A stretch of DNA of 64,000 nt, taken from contig NC_043001.1 in the NCBI RefSeq assembly GCF_006345805.1, positions 122,016,001-122,080,000 of the forward strand. Direction: 5' to 3'. The position numbers were made by a program, and so were the translations under genes. Positions 12,950 through 26,800 of the stretch are shown here, in pieces (the stretch's first letter is position 1; each line of letters starts with the position of its first letter). Below the pieces are notes generated by a model. That model had not been told where the DNA came from, made no database searches, and was given only the letters and a program-made list of their open reading frames with translations. This DNA is from Octopus sinensis. Taxonomy: Eukaryota.

Positions 12950-14106
12950 TTTTCTATAGGAATCTGTGCAACATATATTGTGTGCAGCAATGTGTGTTAC
13001 ATGGTTCTGTATGATACAGGTTTTGGTTTGTGGATCCGTGTTACATGGACCTGTGTGATATAGACTTGTGATATGGGCTTTGCCAGATGTATCTGAGTGG
13101 CACAAACTTTGCCATGTGAATTTGTGTGGCATGGGCTTTCTTACATGGATTTGTGTGACATAGACTTTGCTATGTGGACCTGCATGACATGGATTTTGTT
13201 CTGTGGATTTGCATGACACAGACTTTGCTAAATGGTTCAATGTGACAGACTTTGTTAAGCTGAATTGTGTGACACAGTCTCTGCTAAGCTGAACTGTGCG
13301 ACACAGACTTTGCCAAGCTGAACTGTGCGACACAAACTTTGCCAAGCTGAACTGTGCGACACAGACTTTGCCAAGCTGAACTGTGCGACACAGACTTTGC
13401 CAAGCTGAACTGTGCGACACAGACTTTGCCAAGCTGAACTGTGCGACACAGACTTTGCCAAGCTGAACTGTGCGACACAGACTTTGCCAAGCTGAACTGT
13501 GCGACACAGACTTTGCCAAGCTGAACTGTGCGACACAGACTTTGCCAAGCTGAACTGTGCGACACAGACTTTGCCAAGCTGAACTGTGCGACACAAACTT
13601 TGCCAAGCTGAACTGTGCGACACAGACTTTGCCAAGCTGAACTGTGCGACACAGACTTTGCCAAGCTGAACTGTGCGACACAGACTTTGCCAAGCTGAAC
13701 TGTGCGACACAGACTTTGCCAAGCTGAACTGTGCGACACAGACTTTGCCAAGCTGAACTGTGCGACACAGACTTTGCCAAGCTGAACTGTGCGACACAGA
13801 CTTTGCCAAGCTGAACTGTGCGACACAGACTTTGCCAAGCTGAACTGTGCGACACAGACTTTGCCAAGCTGAACTGTGCGACACAGACTTTGCCAAGCTG
13901 AACTGTGCGACACAGACTTTGCCAAGCTGAACTGTGCGACACAGACTTTGCCAACTGAACTGTGCGACACAGACTTTGCCAGCTGAACTGTGCGACACAG
14001 ACTTTGCCAAGCTGAACTGTGCGACACAGACTTTGCCAAGCTGAACTGTGCGACACAGACTTTGCCAAGCTGAACTGTGTGACACAGACTTTGCCAAGCT
14101 GAACTG
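12950..14106. repeat. 29-bp minisatellite AGACTTTGCCAAGCTGAACTGTGCGACAC, ~28 near-identical copies plus ~10 degenerate copies on the left
   Basis: Direct reading. Homogeneous from ~13275 to 14106; 29-nt phase is retained in diverged units back to ~12950. Confidence 0.97.
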
Positions 14107-16101
14107 TCTTTATTTGGCACCTTGTCAGGTTGGTCTGTGTGTTAGTAAATGTTAATTCTATTATATTTCAGTTGCTAAATTAACTAAAGCCTGCTACAAT
14201 GTATAGAGTTAACTTCATAATTAAATGTTATTGCATTCACCTACAGTATTAAATTTACTTAATAAATAACAGGCCATAACAGTGTCAGCTACAATCTGTG
14301 GTGCAAGTAAATGACTATAAACATTTATAGTGTTACAATAAAATATATAGGATTAACATAATGACCAGAAGTCATAATAATTTCATATCCAATCTTATGG
14401 AATAGCTTGATAATTTTGTTTTGCACATGTGTCGCACATAAAGGCCATCAGCCTCTTACATTTTATAGGGTAACAGAACCACAGAATGGGATCCTTTCAT
14501 AATGAATACTTTATCATTCTACCTTTTATAACAATGCTTATATAATGAGGATTGGTATTAGAGCTGCTTGTATTCATTGCCCCACTACTCATATATATTT
14601 ATTACTTTTCTTCAATCCTTTTCTCTCTCACTCTCTGTCTGTCTCTCACATACATACTCCCACATCTATCATTTTGTGTTGACAAATGTCAATCACTCTC
14701 TCTCATTTTCATTACTTCACTTCCCCTTTCATTGTACTCTATCCTCCTGTCATTTCCTTTTCCCCTCATAATAATACCCATGCTGTTTTCTAGTCTATCT
14801 CCTTCCTCACCAGCAACCAACATATAACTATTTATTCTCTCTTCCATTACTTATCCCCACCCTACTCACACTTCCTCACCTCCCACCCTCTTGGTCATCA
14901 ATACACTGGGACAGACTGGTTGGCATTAGGAAGGTCATCTTGCTGTAGAAACCATGCAAAAAGCAGAACAGACAAGTGCAATGTGATCCACTGACTTGTC
15001 TAGGAAGCTGGACATCCAACCCATGGTAGAATGGAAAGAGAATGTAAAATACTGAGAATGACTAAAGGTCATTGTAGTGTCACGTACAGCCTAAAAGGTT
15101 AACAAATGACTAAAAGCTGTTAGTGTCAACTAAATTATATTGGGTTAATGTAATATTTAAAGGCCAATAATGTCACCTAATATTTATAGAGCAATCGTCA
15201 TCACCAGTACCAATATTAGTTCTAACCTTTTGCCACCAACACTATGAATGCCACCTTGCTATGACAATTACCTCAGTAATGTTACTACTACTACTACACA
15301 CTCTTATCAAACCTTACTATTAACCATCCCACAATTTATTGCGATACCATTTATGCCATACTACCAAAACCTATTGACTGCCCCTAACCATTATGACAAC
15401 TATTTCCAAATCACTATCCTATTATTAGACAACAGGATTATATCGACCCCAGTGCGTAACTGGTAGTTATTTAATCGACCCCGAAAGGATGAAAGGCAAA
15501 GTCGACCTCGGTGGAATTTGAACTCACAACAGATGAAATACGGCTACGCATTTTGCCCGGCGTGCTAACGTGTCTGCCAGCTCGCCGTCTTCCAATACCA
15601 TTTCCACTATCAACATCCCCATCATCACATACATTACCTTTATCACCAATATATCAATTCTTTACACCAATTTTCAGACATTTTTTTTTTGCTATCAATT
15701 CACTCAGTAGTCATTGATTTTTCTCCAAAAGTTTTTTTCTCTTATAGTTTTGTGCAAAACATTTCATGTCATGTGTAATGCACTCCATATCACATGTGTA
15801 ATCAGTGTAACACAGTTTATGTAGCTATCTGAGCAACATGTACCCAGGCAATGCATAATTGTATCAACTCTGCAGTTCTTTAATCAAAAAAGTTTATTTC
15901 TTAAAATATTGATTTGTGTATCAGATGTGATAAATGTACATTTTACTGAGGTATTCATCCAAAGATAACATCTCTTGTGAACATGTTGTATTTTAAAGCA
16001 ATGTAAAGGAGGGGATGAAAATTCATCCGAGCAGTAGCTAGCAAGAATGCCAGATGTACTTTGGTCCCATTGAGCCTTATAAATAGAGTGTACTTGCAGC
16101 C

Positions 16102-16405
16102 TGGAGGCACATGGCCTAGTGGCTAGAGCAGTGGACTGGCGGTCGAGGGATCACGGGTTTGAATCTCAGACTGGGCGATGTGTGTGTTTATGAGCGAAAC
16201 ACCTAAGCTCCACGTGGCTCCGGCAGAAGGTAATGGCGAACTTCTGCTGACTCTTTCGCCACAACTTTCTCTCACTCTTTCCTCCTGCATCTGGCAGCTC
16301 GCCTGCAATGGACTGGCGTCCCGTCCAGGTGGGGAACTTACATGCCAAGGAAACCGGGAAACTGGCCCTTATGAGGCAGGCGTGGCTCGAGAAGGAACAA
16401 ACAAG
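16102..16405 (+). mobile_element. tRNA-derived SINE with GATGGACTGGCGTCCCGTCCAG-like domain
   Basis: A-box TGGCCTAGTGG and B-box GGGTTTGAATC. 12-bp TSD GTACTTGCAGCC at 16090-16101 and 16406-16417. Confidence 0.85.
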
Positions 16406-18631
16406 GTACTTGCAGCCAGCTACATGCCTAGACTAGATCTGTCACCTCTGGTATACGAAACAGTGAATTGAACATTAACTGATATTGTGAATTGCTGCCT
16501 GGTTGAATAATAACCCAAAGCACACAATTGAATTTAAAGGCTACATTTTAAAGCAGCTGAAATGGTTAATTGAATTGATCCCAGTAAACTACTGATACTC
16601 TCTTTTATTGCCTCTAGATGAAATACAGGCAAAAGTTAGTGGCCTTTGAACTCAGAATTTAGAGAAATATAAATTACTGCATTGCATGCCAGAAATGCTT
16701 CTGCTCTGATTTCTAGGTATGAATTTTTCCAGATCTGGTACTTCTTCCTAACATCCTCCATTCTATGGAAAACTTCTTTCATTCATTTCAAACAAGGAAA
16801 CCAGATACAAGTGGATTCAAAAATTCATCCACACAGTACTGCAGTCCAACTTCTCTTTCTTTAACCCTTTCATTACTGTATTTATTTTGGAATGCTCTGT
16901 ATTTCTTTCAATTAGTTTTAAATATAACAAAGAATTTAGTAAAATAACTTAGTTATCATTAATTAAGCTAGTGTTAGGAACATAAATTGTGACTAAGGTT
17001 CGGTGGAAGATTTTAATCCAAAACTTATGAAAACAAGATATTTGTACTACAGAGCCAGAGGCGGTTTCAGCCGGGTTGATATCAAAAGGGTTAAACAGAT
17101 GTTTCGCTCTGTGAATCTTAGTAGTTCTTTTCCTGAACCTTTTTTGATACCAACCAGCTTGAGACTACTCTCTGGAGGTTGATGATGTAAACTTTGTGTT
17201 TTAAAGCCATCTAAAGTTCATGTTAGTTTATGCTGAAAGCAGGGTGCCAGCATGGCTGCAGTTCAATGACTGAAACAAGTAAAGGATAAAAGATAAACAC
17301 CAGCTTAATAATAACAAACCTATTTGATTAAATTCTTTGTTATTTTTAAAAACAAATGAAACAAAGGCAGTGTATTTCTCTAGAAATGCGGTAACAAAAG
17401 TGTTAAACAATCATTGTCTTGTTTTCAGCATTTTTAAGAATGAATTATTATTATTGTGACTATTAAGAAAACCTGTTTGTTTTCCATTGCTTATTTTCAT
17501 TCTTCTCTTCTATGTGACGTTAGGAGTCATGTTAAAGTTTAAGAATATAATCTTTGTTTGGAATATATGCAGCAGTTAATTACAAGAATATATTTATAAA
17601 AATACCACTGACCATAAAACTAGTTATCATCTTGATCATGCCATTCTTCATACATATCTCTTCTTTTTGTTTCTCTTTTTCTATTTTCTCCTTTCTTAGT
17701 CAACAAATGTAAATATTTGGTTGTAAACTTGAATTGAACTTGTTCCTCTTTCTCTATGATACCAGAATACAATAAAAACTGCTCATCAAATATCACTAAC
17801 CATCTAGTTTTAATGATCGTACTCAGTGAACCCAAATATTTGTCTAAATTACTGCACCGAATGGCCAAAACCTTGGATTAATGGTTATATTAAAGAGGCC
17901 GGTTTGATTCTTTTGTTTTGCTTGATCATTTCTTGGGTGTTTCTTTGTGTGTGTGTGTGGGTGTGTGTATAAGTGTGGGCATGTCTTCTCTCTCTCTCTC
18001 ACACACACCTTAGATCTCTGTCACTCTCTCCTTCATGTCTCTTCCTCAGTGACTCCTCTCTAACCTATTTATTAATCCAGTCATCTATATTCACTACAGG
18101 AAACATTTCAGAATAAACCGTTATTTTCCTTGTTAATGAATGTTAGCCTCTCACTTCAACTGCGCCTTCTCCTTCCATTTCTTGTTCTTTTCCTTTGTGG
18201 ATAGCTTTTAAGCAAACACCAAGATGGCAGTGTACACACTCTTTCATCTCCACAGAGCTACAGCCTTCTCTAGAACCAACCAGTAAGAGTAAACAAAATC
18301 ATTTAATATCAAACCATTGATACTGAATGAATTAACAACAAAATAAAAGCCACTTGTTAGCATTATCCCTTCCATGGTAATTGGATAATTTTTTTCTAAC
18401 ATGAATAAGACTTTTTACTTTGTTGTATCAGATAAGTCATCAAAATAGAATGGGAAGGATCAAAATAGCAAGTACAAAAAGAAAAAAAAAAAGTTTACAA
18501 GTTTACTCTCTCCAGATGCAGGTGTGGACAGGCATAAAATATCTGATCTATCGTACCTGCTAATTAGTGTCTTTACCCCTCGGCACTGAGACTCCTTGCT
18601 GTACCATTGACTTAGATAAAATGTATTACAA

Positions 18632-19070
18632 TTAACCCTTTTGTTATCGTATTTCTCTTGAAATACCCGACCTTTGTTTCAGTTAATTTAGAAAATAAGG
18701 AAGGATTTAGTAAAATAACTTTGTCATTATTAACCCTTTTGTTACCAACCCGACTGAAACCTGTTCTAGCTCTTTAGTATAAATGTCTTTTTGAATTCAA
18801 ATCTTCCACCAAATCTTAGTCACAATTTATGTTTCTAACATTAGCTCAATGATAACCATGTTATTTTACTAAATTATTCGTTATATTTAAAATAATTGGA
18901 AGAAACACAGAGCATCTCAAAATAAATACAGTAATGAAAGGGTTAAGCAGGTGTTTGGAATATAAATTAACAAGGAATTTTGGTGGACAGTTTTAGTTTA
19001 GATCCCTTTAAAACAGGAAGTTTGTATCATAGAACCAGAGGTGGTCTCGGGTAGGTTGATATCAAAAGGA
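18632..19070. mobile_element. Nested piggyBac-like MITEs (inner copy 18730-18946 in opposite orientation)
   Basis: The inner element is bounded by TTAA at 18730-33 and 18943-46, inside a related outer MITE. Confidence 0.85.
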
Positions 19071-21324
19071 ATATTGTTAGAAACTTGTTATTTAGTCCCA
19101 AATCAGCCCTAATTCAACAGACGTATCACACTTGGTAATTATTTATGCATCCTCATTATATTAGCTCAGTCTGTGTTGCCCTTATTTAACCCAAGGTTAG
19201 TTGTAATACTGTAGATCTATGATTAAAGGCATTCCAGCCATGTTTATCTTCATTTTTTTTTTAAGAAGGTACGGTGAAATCTGAAATAAATACTTGCAGT
19301 TTGAGTGAGTAGTGTAGAGGCTTTAAAATATAATAAATATGCATGTGTGGGCATGTGTATATATTGTTCCACTGTGATTTAAATGCATTACAAATCTTTT
19401 CAATGAGGTCAAAATGGCATTATTACATGGATAAATCATAATGAGGTGAACTGTGTAAGGGATATTTTTGACTGGATTAACTCTGAATTGCCACAGACCC
19501 AGTTTCAGATGTTCCAGCCAGATTGTTTTCATTTTCATTGGGTTCACTCTGTTCTTCCAGTCTGACTTGAAAATAAACCAGACACCCAGCACCAAATTCA
19601 AATCTATTCTTGGCAAAATGGTATTACTATTACACTGCTATTTACTTATTTTGCAAAACGTTAAAATTTTCTTCGAGGAACGATGGGTGTTAGTGGTGAG
19701 GTGAATACACAAGAAACCAGTCACCACATGTTGGGGACATATTTTAAAATTCCACTTAGATATAATATTTCACCATTAAAACAGCAATAACTGCCAACTG
19801 GCCTATTTTTTAAATATTTTTACTTTCTTTCAGTATTATGGTTAAGATGTAGTCAATTATATAAATAACAAACTTACAACTGTCATGTTGTTTTTATTTA
19901 CTTTTTCTAAAGAATATTGCTTCTAATAAGTTACTAATTATACAATACTAATTATAGAATCACTTCCGTTTTCCTTTTCTATTTTTGAACCTGAGGAGGG
20001 ACATCTTGGCTTCATTTAGTTTCTTAAGTCTCATAAATTTGGGGATCAGCATTTTTATGTGTAAATATTATACATGTTGATATATGTAAGCCACATGTTG
20101 TTGGCATTGAGTGAGCTGACCTATAATCAATAGTTTACAAAGTCTGTGATCAAGGACCATCTCATTTGGAACTTAAGCTTGAGCCTCATCTTGTTATTGT
20201 TCGTTTCCACCCTTGACTAAGTTGACACATGATCAAAGGTTTTTCTGTTTGAGACCATCCTACCATCCAACATTCTTTGGGAAAAGGATTGAGAATAGGG
20301 GTTAGTATGGGGATCCCTTGTGAATGTTTTTACAGCTGCTTCAACAAATAAACCATCCTGCTTAAGCAAAATGTATTTACAAGGTTTTTTCCCAAATCAA
20401 ATATATTTTCTTTCCTTTTCTTTTTTTTTTTTTTTGGTTTGTGTGTATGTTTGATATAATTAGCTCACAGAATTATCTCTGCTTGAAACGAGTTTATATG
20501 AAATTTATAATTAATAAAAGATTTGCTTCACAATCAGAGTGAAGTCTTAGAAACTGCAAATAGGAACTATAGTTGTTTTCTTGAATTCATTTATTTTTTG
20601 CTGTTTTCTTTCACTTTTCTGTTATCATGCCTGCCATTGCATATATTACAACTACATGATGCATACTGCATTACAATCCCAGCTACGTTGCGCATATATT
20701 GTCACAGCACTGTGCACAGATATATTACCATTGCACTGGCCACACAGTGCTGTAGAATTATATATGTTCTCCGTTTGGAATATCATGTGAACAATTCTTG
20801 TATCCCTCTTTTCTTCTCTCTATTCATTAATCTCTCTCTTTCTCTCTCTCTTCAACTGAAAATACATTTGAGTAAATATGTCATATTTGTTTATCTCTAG
20901 AGGAAGGCATATTTATTTCTCTCGCATTTTCTTAGAGAAATCATAGTGAGGCATCTGTTAGGTTTCAGCAAGTGAAAGTGTTTCTGTTACTGCATTGCTA
21001 ATCCTTCTTGGTTGCTTAGGGAGAACACACATTCTGTGTTTAGGACATTCAACTGCGACTTGTGCTCCCCTCGACACTCAACCCACTTGCTTGCCATTCC
21101 TATATTGATATGTGACATGCTATTTCTTAAAAAAAATTATCTGGTCAATAATGAGGCCTTTTCTCTCAATCTACTGGATATCCCTTCCTGACCTACTCTT
21201 TCCTTTGTATCTTGGAGACAGCCTCCTTTCAGAGATACTGTACCGGTAAAGTTCTGTCCAACCCATGCAAGCATGTAATAAAGACATTAAAATGGTTTTT
21301 TTAATGGGATTGCTATGGCATGTT

Positions 21325-21532
21325 CTTTTTACTCTTTTACTTGTTTCAGTCATTTTGACTGTGGCCATGCTGGAGCACCGCCTTTTGTCGAGCAAATCGA
21401 CTCCAGGACTTATTCTTTTTAAGCCTAGTGCTTATTCTATCGGTTTCTTTTGCTGAACCGCTAAGTTACGGGGACGTAAACACACCAGCATCGGTTGTCA
21501 AGCGATGTTGGGGGGGACAAACACACACTCAA

Positions 21533-21581
<49 letters not shown>

Positions 21582-21745
21582 TATATACGATGGACTTCTT
21601 TCAGTTCCCGTCTACCAAATCCATTCACAAGGCTTTGGTCGGCCCAAGGCTATAGTAGAAGACACTTGCCCAAGGTGCCACGCAGTGGGACTGAACCCGG
21701 AACCATGTGGTTGGTAAGCAAGCTACTTACCTCACAGACACTCTT
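21325..21745 (-). mobile_element. tRNA-derived SINE family B (CCTTGGGCAAGTGTCTTC core, internal CA/TA microsatellite), representative copy
   Basis: Near-identical copies at approx. 5545-5995(-), 6985-7200, 7805-8055(+), 24140-24510(-), 46365-46780(-), 58268-58650(+). The head has a B-box-like GGTTCAGTCCC. Confidence 0.88.
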
Positions 21746-22399
21746 ACGCCTATTATGCATATACATAATTCTATTTCATTGAACAGATGAAATGTCATCA
21801 ACATATCCACGGTATACATCTTATCTTATCTTATTTGCAATCACCTGGTGATCTTCTTTTTACCATATCTTTCTGACAATCTGTCTTCCATTTATTGTTG
21901 CAAGCAGTAGCAACAGAAATAACAATAGTAGCAATGACAATAACAGCAACAATAACTGCAACTACAGAGCTGTTTAGATTGTGAAATATGTCAAGGCTGT
22001 ATGAATTAATGGCTTGAACAGAATTAGTTGCAAGAGAGTTCAGATGTTGTCTAAATATGTTTCAGCTCTGACTAGACTTACTAAAGTTATTAGTATACAC
22101 CAACTATTCACTTTAATCTTCCCTTGACTACATCATCATCATCATCGTTTAACGTCCGTCTTCCATGCTAGCATGGGTTGGACGGTTTGCCTGGGGTCTA
22201 GGAAGCCAGGAGGCTGCTCCAGTCTGATCTGGCAGTGTTTCTACAGCTGGATGCCCTTCCTGACACCAACCACTCCGTGAGTGTAGTGGGTGCTTTTTAC
22301 ATGCCAGGGGAGGCTAGCAACAGCCACAAACGGTTGGTGCTTTTTACATGCCACCGGCACAGCAGTGCTGGCATAGGCCACGTACAGATAGTATTTTTA

Positions 22400-22792
22400 C
22401 TAGCAGTATCGCCCGGTGTTGCTCGGGTTTGTTTCGACCCTTTAGAATTGGAATTTTTGAAAAGTAAAAATTTTGCATTGTGTAGCTTGTTATTCTCTTT
22501 AAGTGAACATTTTTCTGGTTGAAATACACCGAAAAATGGCAACACAGCAGTCAAAAAAATCGTAAAAAATAGGGATTTTCATAGAAAAAAAGCACCTTTT
22601 TGTTGTAAATAATTTTTGGTCTTAACATGGTCCAATTTGAATATTTTCTTCTACGGAATGAAAAACAAATCTTCTTCTATTATACTCTCAATTTTGGTCA
22701 ACCTGCGCTGCAGGGTCTCGGAGGAGATAGTGTTAGTTGAAGGCTACCAAACCTACCACACACAGAAAACTTCAACTTTATTTATATATAGA
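22400..22792 (-). mobile_element. Non-autonomous Helitron
   Basis: Minus strand: a|TCTATATA ... CCCGAGCAACACCGGG hairpin ... CTAG|t. Inserted between A and T with no TSD. Confidence 0.75.
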
Positions 22793-23544
22793 TTGATCTT
22801 TATCAATCAGTTGATGACATGGCTGTAAGGTTCAGGGGAGAGACTGTTGACCATGTGTTCAAGAGTTCTAACATCATTACTTCCATTGCCCTTACATTAA
22901 GTATATATTATTTGCCTCAATGCACTTAGGTAACTACATGGTCTCTACCCTACTTTATTGAAAGTTGTTTAGTTGCAGGAAGATCACTCCCTATAAAAAT
23001 AACTACTAGGTGAAGAAAATTGGTGTAAAATGTGAAATAAAAAAAATATAAAAAATATCCGATTCTGTTTACTGGAACAATTTTCTTTGTTGTTGTTCTT
23101 GAGGCTTGTTGTCTTTACTCATCTTTGCTGTTATTCCCTTTTACTACTTTTTCTCCTGTTTTTATACTTTTAGTTGTTTTCTTTGCTGTTTCTTTTTGTT
23201 GCTGTTCTTGCCTTAATTTTTACAGACGTGGCTGTGTGGTTAAGACATTTACTTCTCAATCACTTAATCTCAGTTTCAATCCAATCCTGTGACACCTTGG
23301 CCTAGTGTCTTCTATTATATATTTCTTTATTGCCCACAAGGGGCTAAACATAGAGGGGACAAACAAGGACAGACAAAGGGATTAAGTCGATTACATCGAC
23401 CTCAGTGTGAAACTGGTACTTTATTTATCGACCCCGAAAGGATGAAAGGCAAAGTCGACCTCGGCGGAATTTGAACTCAGAACGTAACGACAGACGAAAT
23501 ACCGCTAAGCATTTCGCCTGGCGCACTAACGTGTCTGCCAGCTC

Positions 23545-23860
23545 AGCCTTGTGAGTGGATTTAGTTGAAAGAAACTGAAAGAAGTCTGTCACACATGCAT
23601 GCATATGTGTATGTGTGTCCTCTTGTCTTGACATTATGTGATAGTTGTAAATAAGTTCCATTATCATAGGAGCAATGTCATTCATTTCTAATGTTCTGTG
23701 TAAACATGTTTGGCCATGGAAGAATATTACTTTGCTTGGAAACAGGTGAGAGCTGGCAGCAGGAAGGGTATTTGACTGGAGAAAATGTGTTCCAGTAAAT
23801 TCCATATCTATGCAGGCATGGAAATGTGGGTGTCAAAACGATGATAGTAACGATGATGAG
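23545..23860 (+). mobile_element. Interspersed family D (AATATTACCTTGCTTGGAAACAGGTGAG-like core, GAT tail), representative copy
   Basis: Related copies at approx. 560-795(+), 4405-4850(-), 27390-27620(+), 56548-56945(-). Confidence 0.7.
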
Positions 23861-26800
23861 GATTTTCCCTTGCTAGAATAAATTGCGTAATTTTGCTGAA
23901 TGTTAATTCACCTCTTTAAATTAATTAGTTCTAAGATAATTCTCATTATCCATTACTGATTCCTTAGCTTAACTGCTAGAATATTTAAAGAACCTAATTA
24001 AGTTATAATACAGCAATATAAACTTAGTGTTGGGGGTTTGTTATCTGGGATCTAGAGTTGCTGCATCAAGAGAATATATAGGCAAACAATGACCTTGTCA
24101 TTAAGAATGTCGAAAGATCCTGTAGTAGGTTCTTCAGATTTACTCTTTTACATGTTTCAGTCATGTGACTGTGGCCATGCTGGAGTACCACCTTTAGTCG
24201 AGCAAATCGACCCCAGGACTTATTCTTTGTAAGCCTACTACTTATTCTATCAGTCTCTTTTGCTGAACCGCTAAGTTACGGGGACGTAAACACACCAGCA
24301 TCGGTTGTCAAGCGATGTTGGGGGTACAAACACACACACACAAACATATAAACACACATATATATATATACATATATACAACAGGCTTTCAGTTTCCATC
24401 TACCAAATCCCCTATAGTAGAAGACACTTGCCCAAGGTGCCATGCAGTGGGAATGAACCCGGAACCATGTAGTTGGTAAGCTAGCTACTTACCACACAGC
24501 CACTCCTATGCCTAGCTGAAGATTGTAAATATTTTTTTATAGTCTTGGGCCAGATGTTCCTAAAGGCCCCAGGTATTTTGTTGTTGTTTACTACTCCCAG
24601 GTCAGCCATGATTGAACATATCTGTTTTGTTTGTTTTTCAAATATAATGTATATCAAGCTACATAATGTAATGTGTATACCCATTCTTATGTTGGTATAG
24701 TAAGATTTAAAGGAAATATGGTTGTTCTTTTTTGCTAGTCAAATGGCATTAGCATTTGTATGATCTGTGATGTCAGGTGTTATTAAATCTGTCAAAATTC
24801 TAATGTCTTTAGTTCAGCTATTTTACTTTTAAATGAAAATCTCTCTGCAATATCATGTTATAAAAAGCTTATCTATAAGCATTTTTTTTCCAAATCCAAC
24901 ATGTCACTTAAAATTCCATGGTGTATTACTGCTAGCATGCATTTCATAAGTTTAACGTCACTGCTCTAGATGTTTAACAACGATAAATTCTTCTGTGACA
25001 ATTTGTTAAAACTATCCAGCTATTCTTTGTTTTAGAGTTATTAATATGAAATTATAAAAATGTTGAGCATTGATGAAAGAATATTTGGGGAGTGATATAT
25101 TTTTCAATCCTTTTAATATCTTCATCTGGGACTACCTGTAGTTCTGCAATACAAAGTATTTAATTTTAAAATGTTACTATTTAATTAAAACCGTCTGTAA
25201 CAATTCTATGTAATATACCTTTCATCATGTTCCAAAAAACAGTTTGATTATGAATTTTGCTTAATCCCTGCCAATTCTTGATTAATTTCAAAATAAATTG
25301 GTTTACGTAGTGTGTTATATTACTAATATGGTTCTTACATTGTTTTTAAAAAACACTGCATAACAATAATGTAAAGAAACCAGAAGCTAGTGTTAGGTGA
25401 GTTTCTATCATTACATTCTGACAAGATTCTATTGATTTTTTTTCCAAACAAAATCATGGAAATATTTTGTAGGCTCTAAGCATTAGTTTCCTCAAAGGTA
25501 AATTCAGTCATGCTGCTAAGTGATTTCTCCTTTCCCAAAGTGTGTTTTATTTTAACTCTGAACAATATTTTAGTCTGATAACTTCTTTTATGGCTGTATT
25601 TTTAATGAAATGCATCACAGTGATTTAGTGAAACAGTAAACATTTTCATTTTTAATCTGCTCTTTCAAATATAACATAAAAGGTTTTGACTTTAAATTAT
25701 GATGGAAGATTATTAATTTAAATACGATCGTTTTAAAGCATGATGTAGTGTAACACAGAATCAGAGATTATCTCGGGCAATAGATTTCAATATTAATACA
25801 ATTCCTAACCATTTTGTTTCATTGATCACAATTTATAGCACAGCATTCTTCTGTGGAATTGATTTCTGATGTATGTATCAACACAAAGAAAAGAGTTTTA
25901 TAATACATTGGTTTTATATCATAATACTATGTTGATCCAATTTGCCTTTCATTTAGTATAGCTTTATATTGTCTCTTCATGGCATTAATGATTTCTGTGT
26001 ATTCCTACTGCAGCTCACAGTGGGTCAACTTTAAATCCAAAATGGTTCATGTTTCATTTTCTGAGAATTACTACAGTTCTGTCCAATGGCCACCAACCTC
26101 AAATTTAGTTTAAGATTTGCTTGTGGTCAAATTTGAAATCTTTGTCAGAACTGTCTACTTAATCCTCACTTGAAAATGCTACGGATGTCAACTGCGTAGA
26201 CTAATTGATAAAAAGAAAGTAATAAATAAAGTAATTAATAAAAATATAAAGTAATCTCTGCAAAAGGCTGTGATCAATATGTTGTCAGTTGGGAAACAAC
26301 ATATATTGAGATCCTGATCAATGTTTTGTGCATGTTGTGTAGAACAATGAATTAATAATGGCTCTTAGTATTTGAAAATAACAATGATAATTTTTAACCA
26401 ATATATGTTAGAGAGAGAGAGAGAGAGATGCAAACAACACTTTGATATTGTTTTCATGATCATTTGGATATTTCTGGTAACATTTCTACTCCCTGGTAAA
26501 TTAAAATTTAATTTATTGATTTGATAGAGATTGGCTCTTTTATGTACAAGAATCTGATCTTTGTGTGGAATGTGAACAACAGGAGTCAACACTTGACATT
26601 TTTATAGAGAATATCAAATGTAAATTGCCTCTTGCTGCTAATTGTTGTTAACCACCCCACCAATAAATAAATATATAAATAAATAAATAAAAGACTCCAA
26701 CTGAGTTTGATAAAAAATTAATTCATCTTTGATCAGTGAAATGCAAATATATGAATTAAAGAACTTATGACTGTTTTCATTGATGAAAAAAATAATGTAA

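Noticed and set aside
13275-14106. CRISPR-like array or C2H2 zinc-finger repeat (29-nt unit, 29-aa Cys-containing period)
   Set aside because: There are no unique spacers and no cas genes. Cys spacing is C-x7-C without the H-x3-H, and the ORFs start at non-ATG codons. It is a plain minisatellite.
16765-16947. ORF MENFFHSF... resembling the tweety N-terminus
   Set aside because: The similarity is limited to FFHSF, there is no usable donor, and the ORF runs into a MITE.
18224-18282. ATG in good context with GTAAGA donor (MAVYTLFHLHR...) as TTYH exon 1
   Set aside because: It ends in phase 2, whereas the exon at 34643 needs phase 0. There are no tweety N-terminal motifs and no bridging exon was found.
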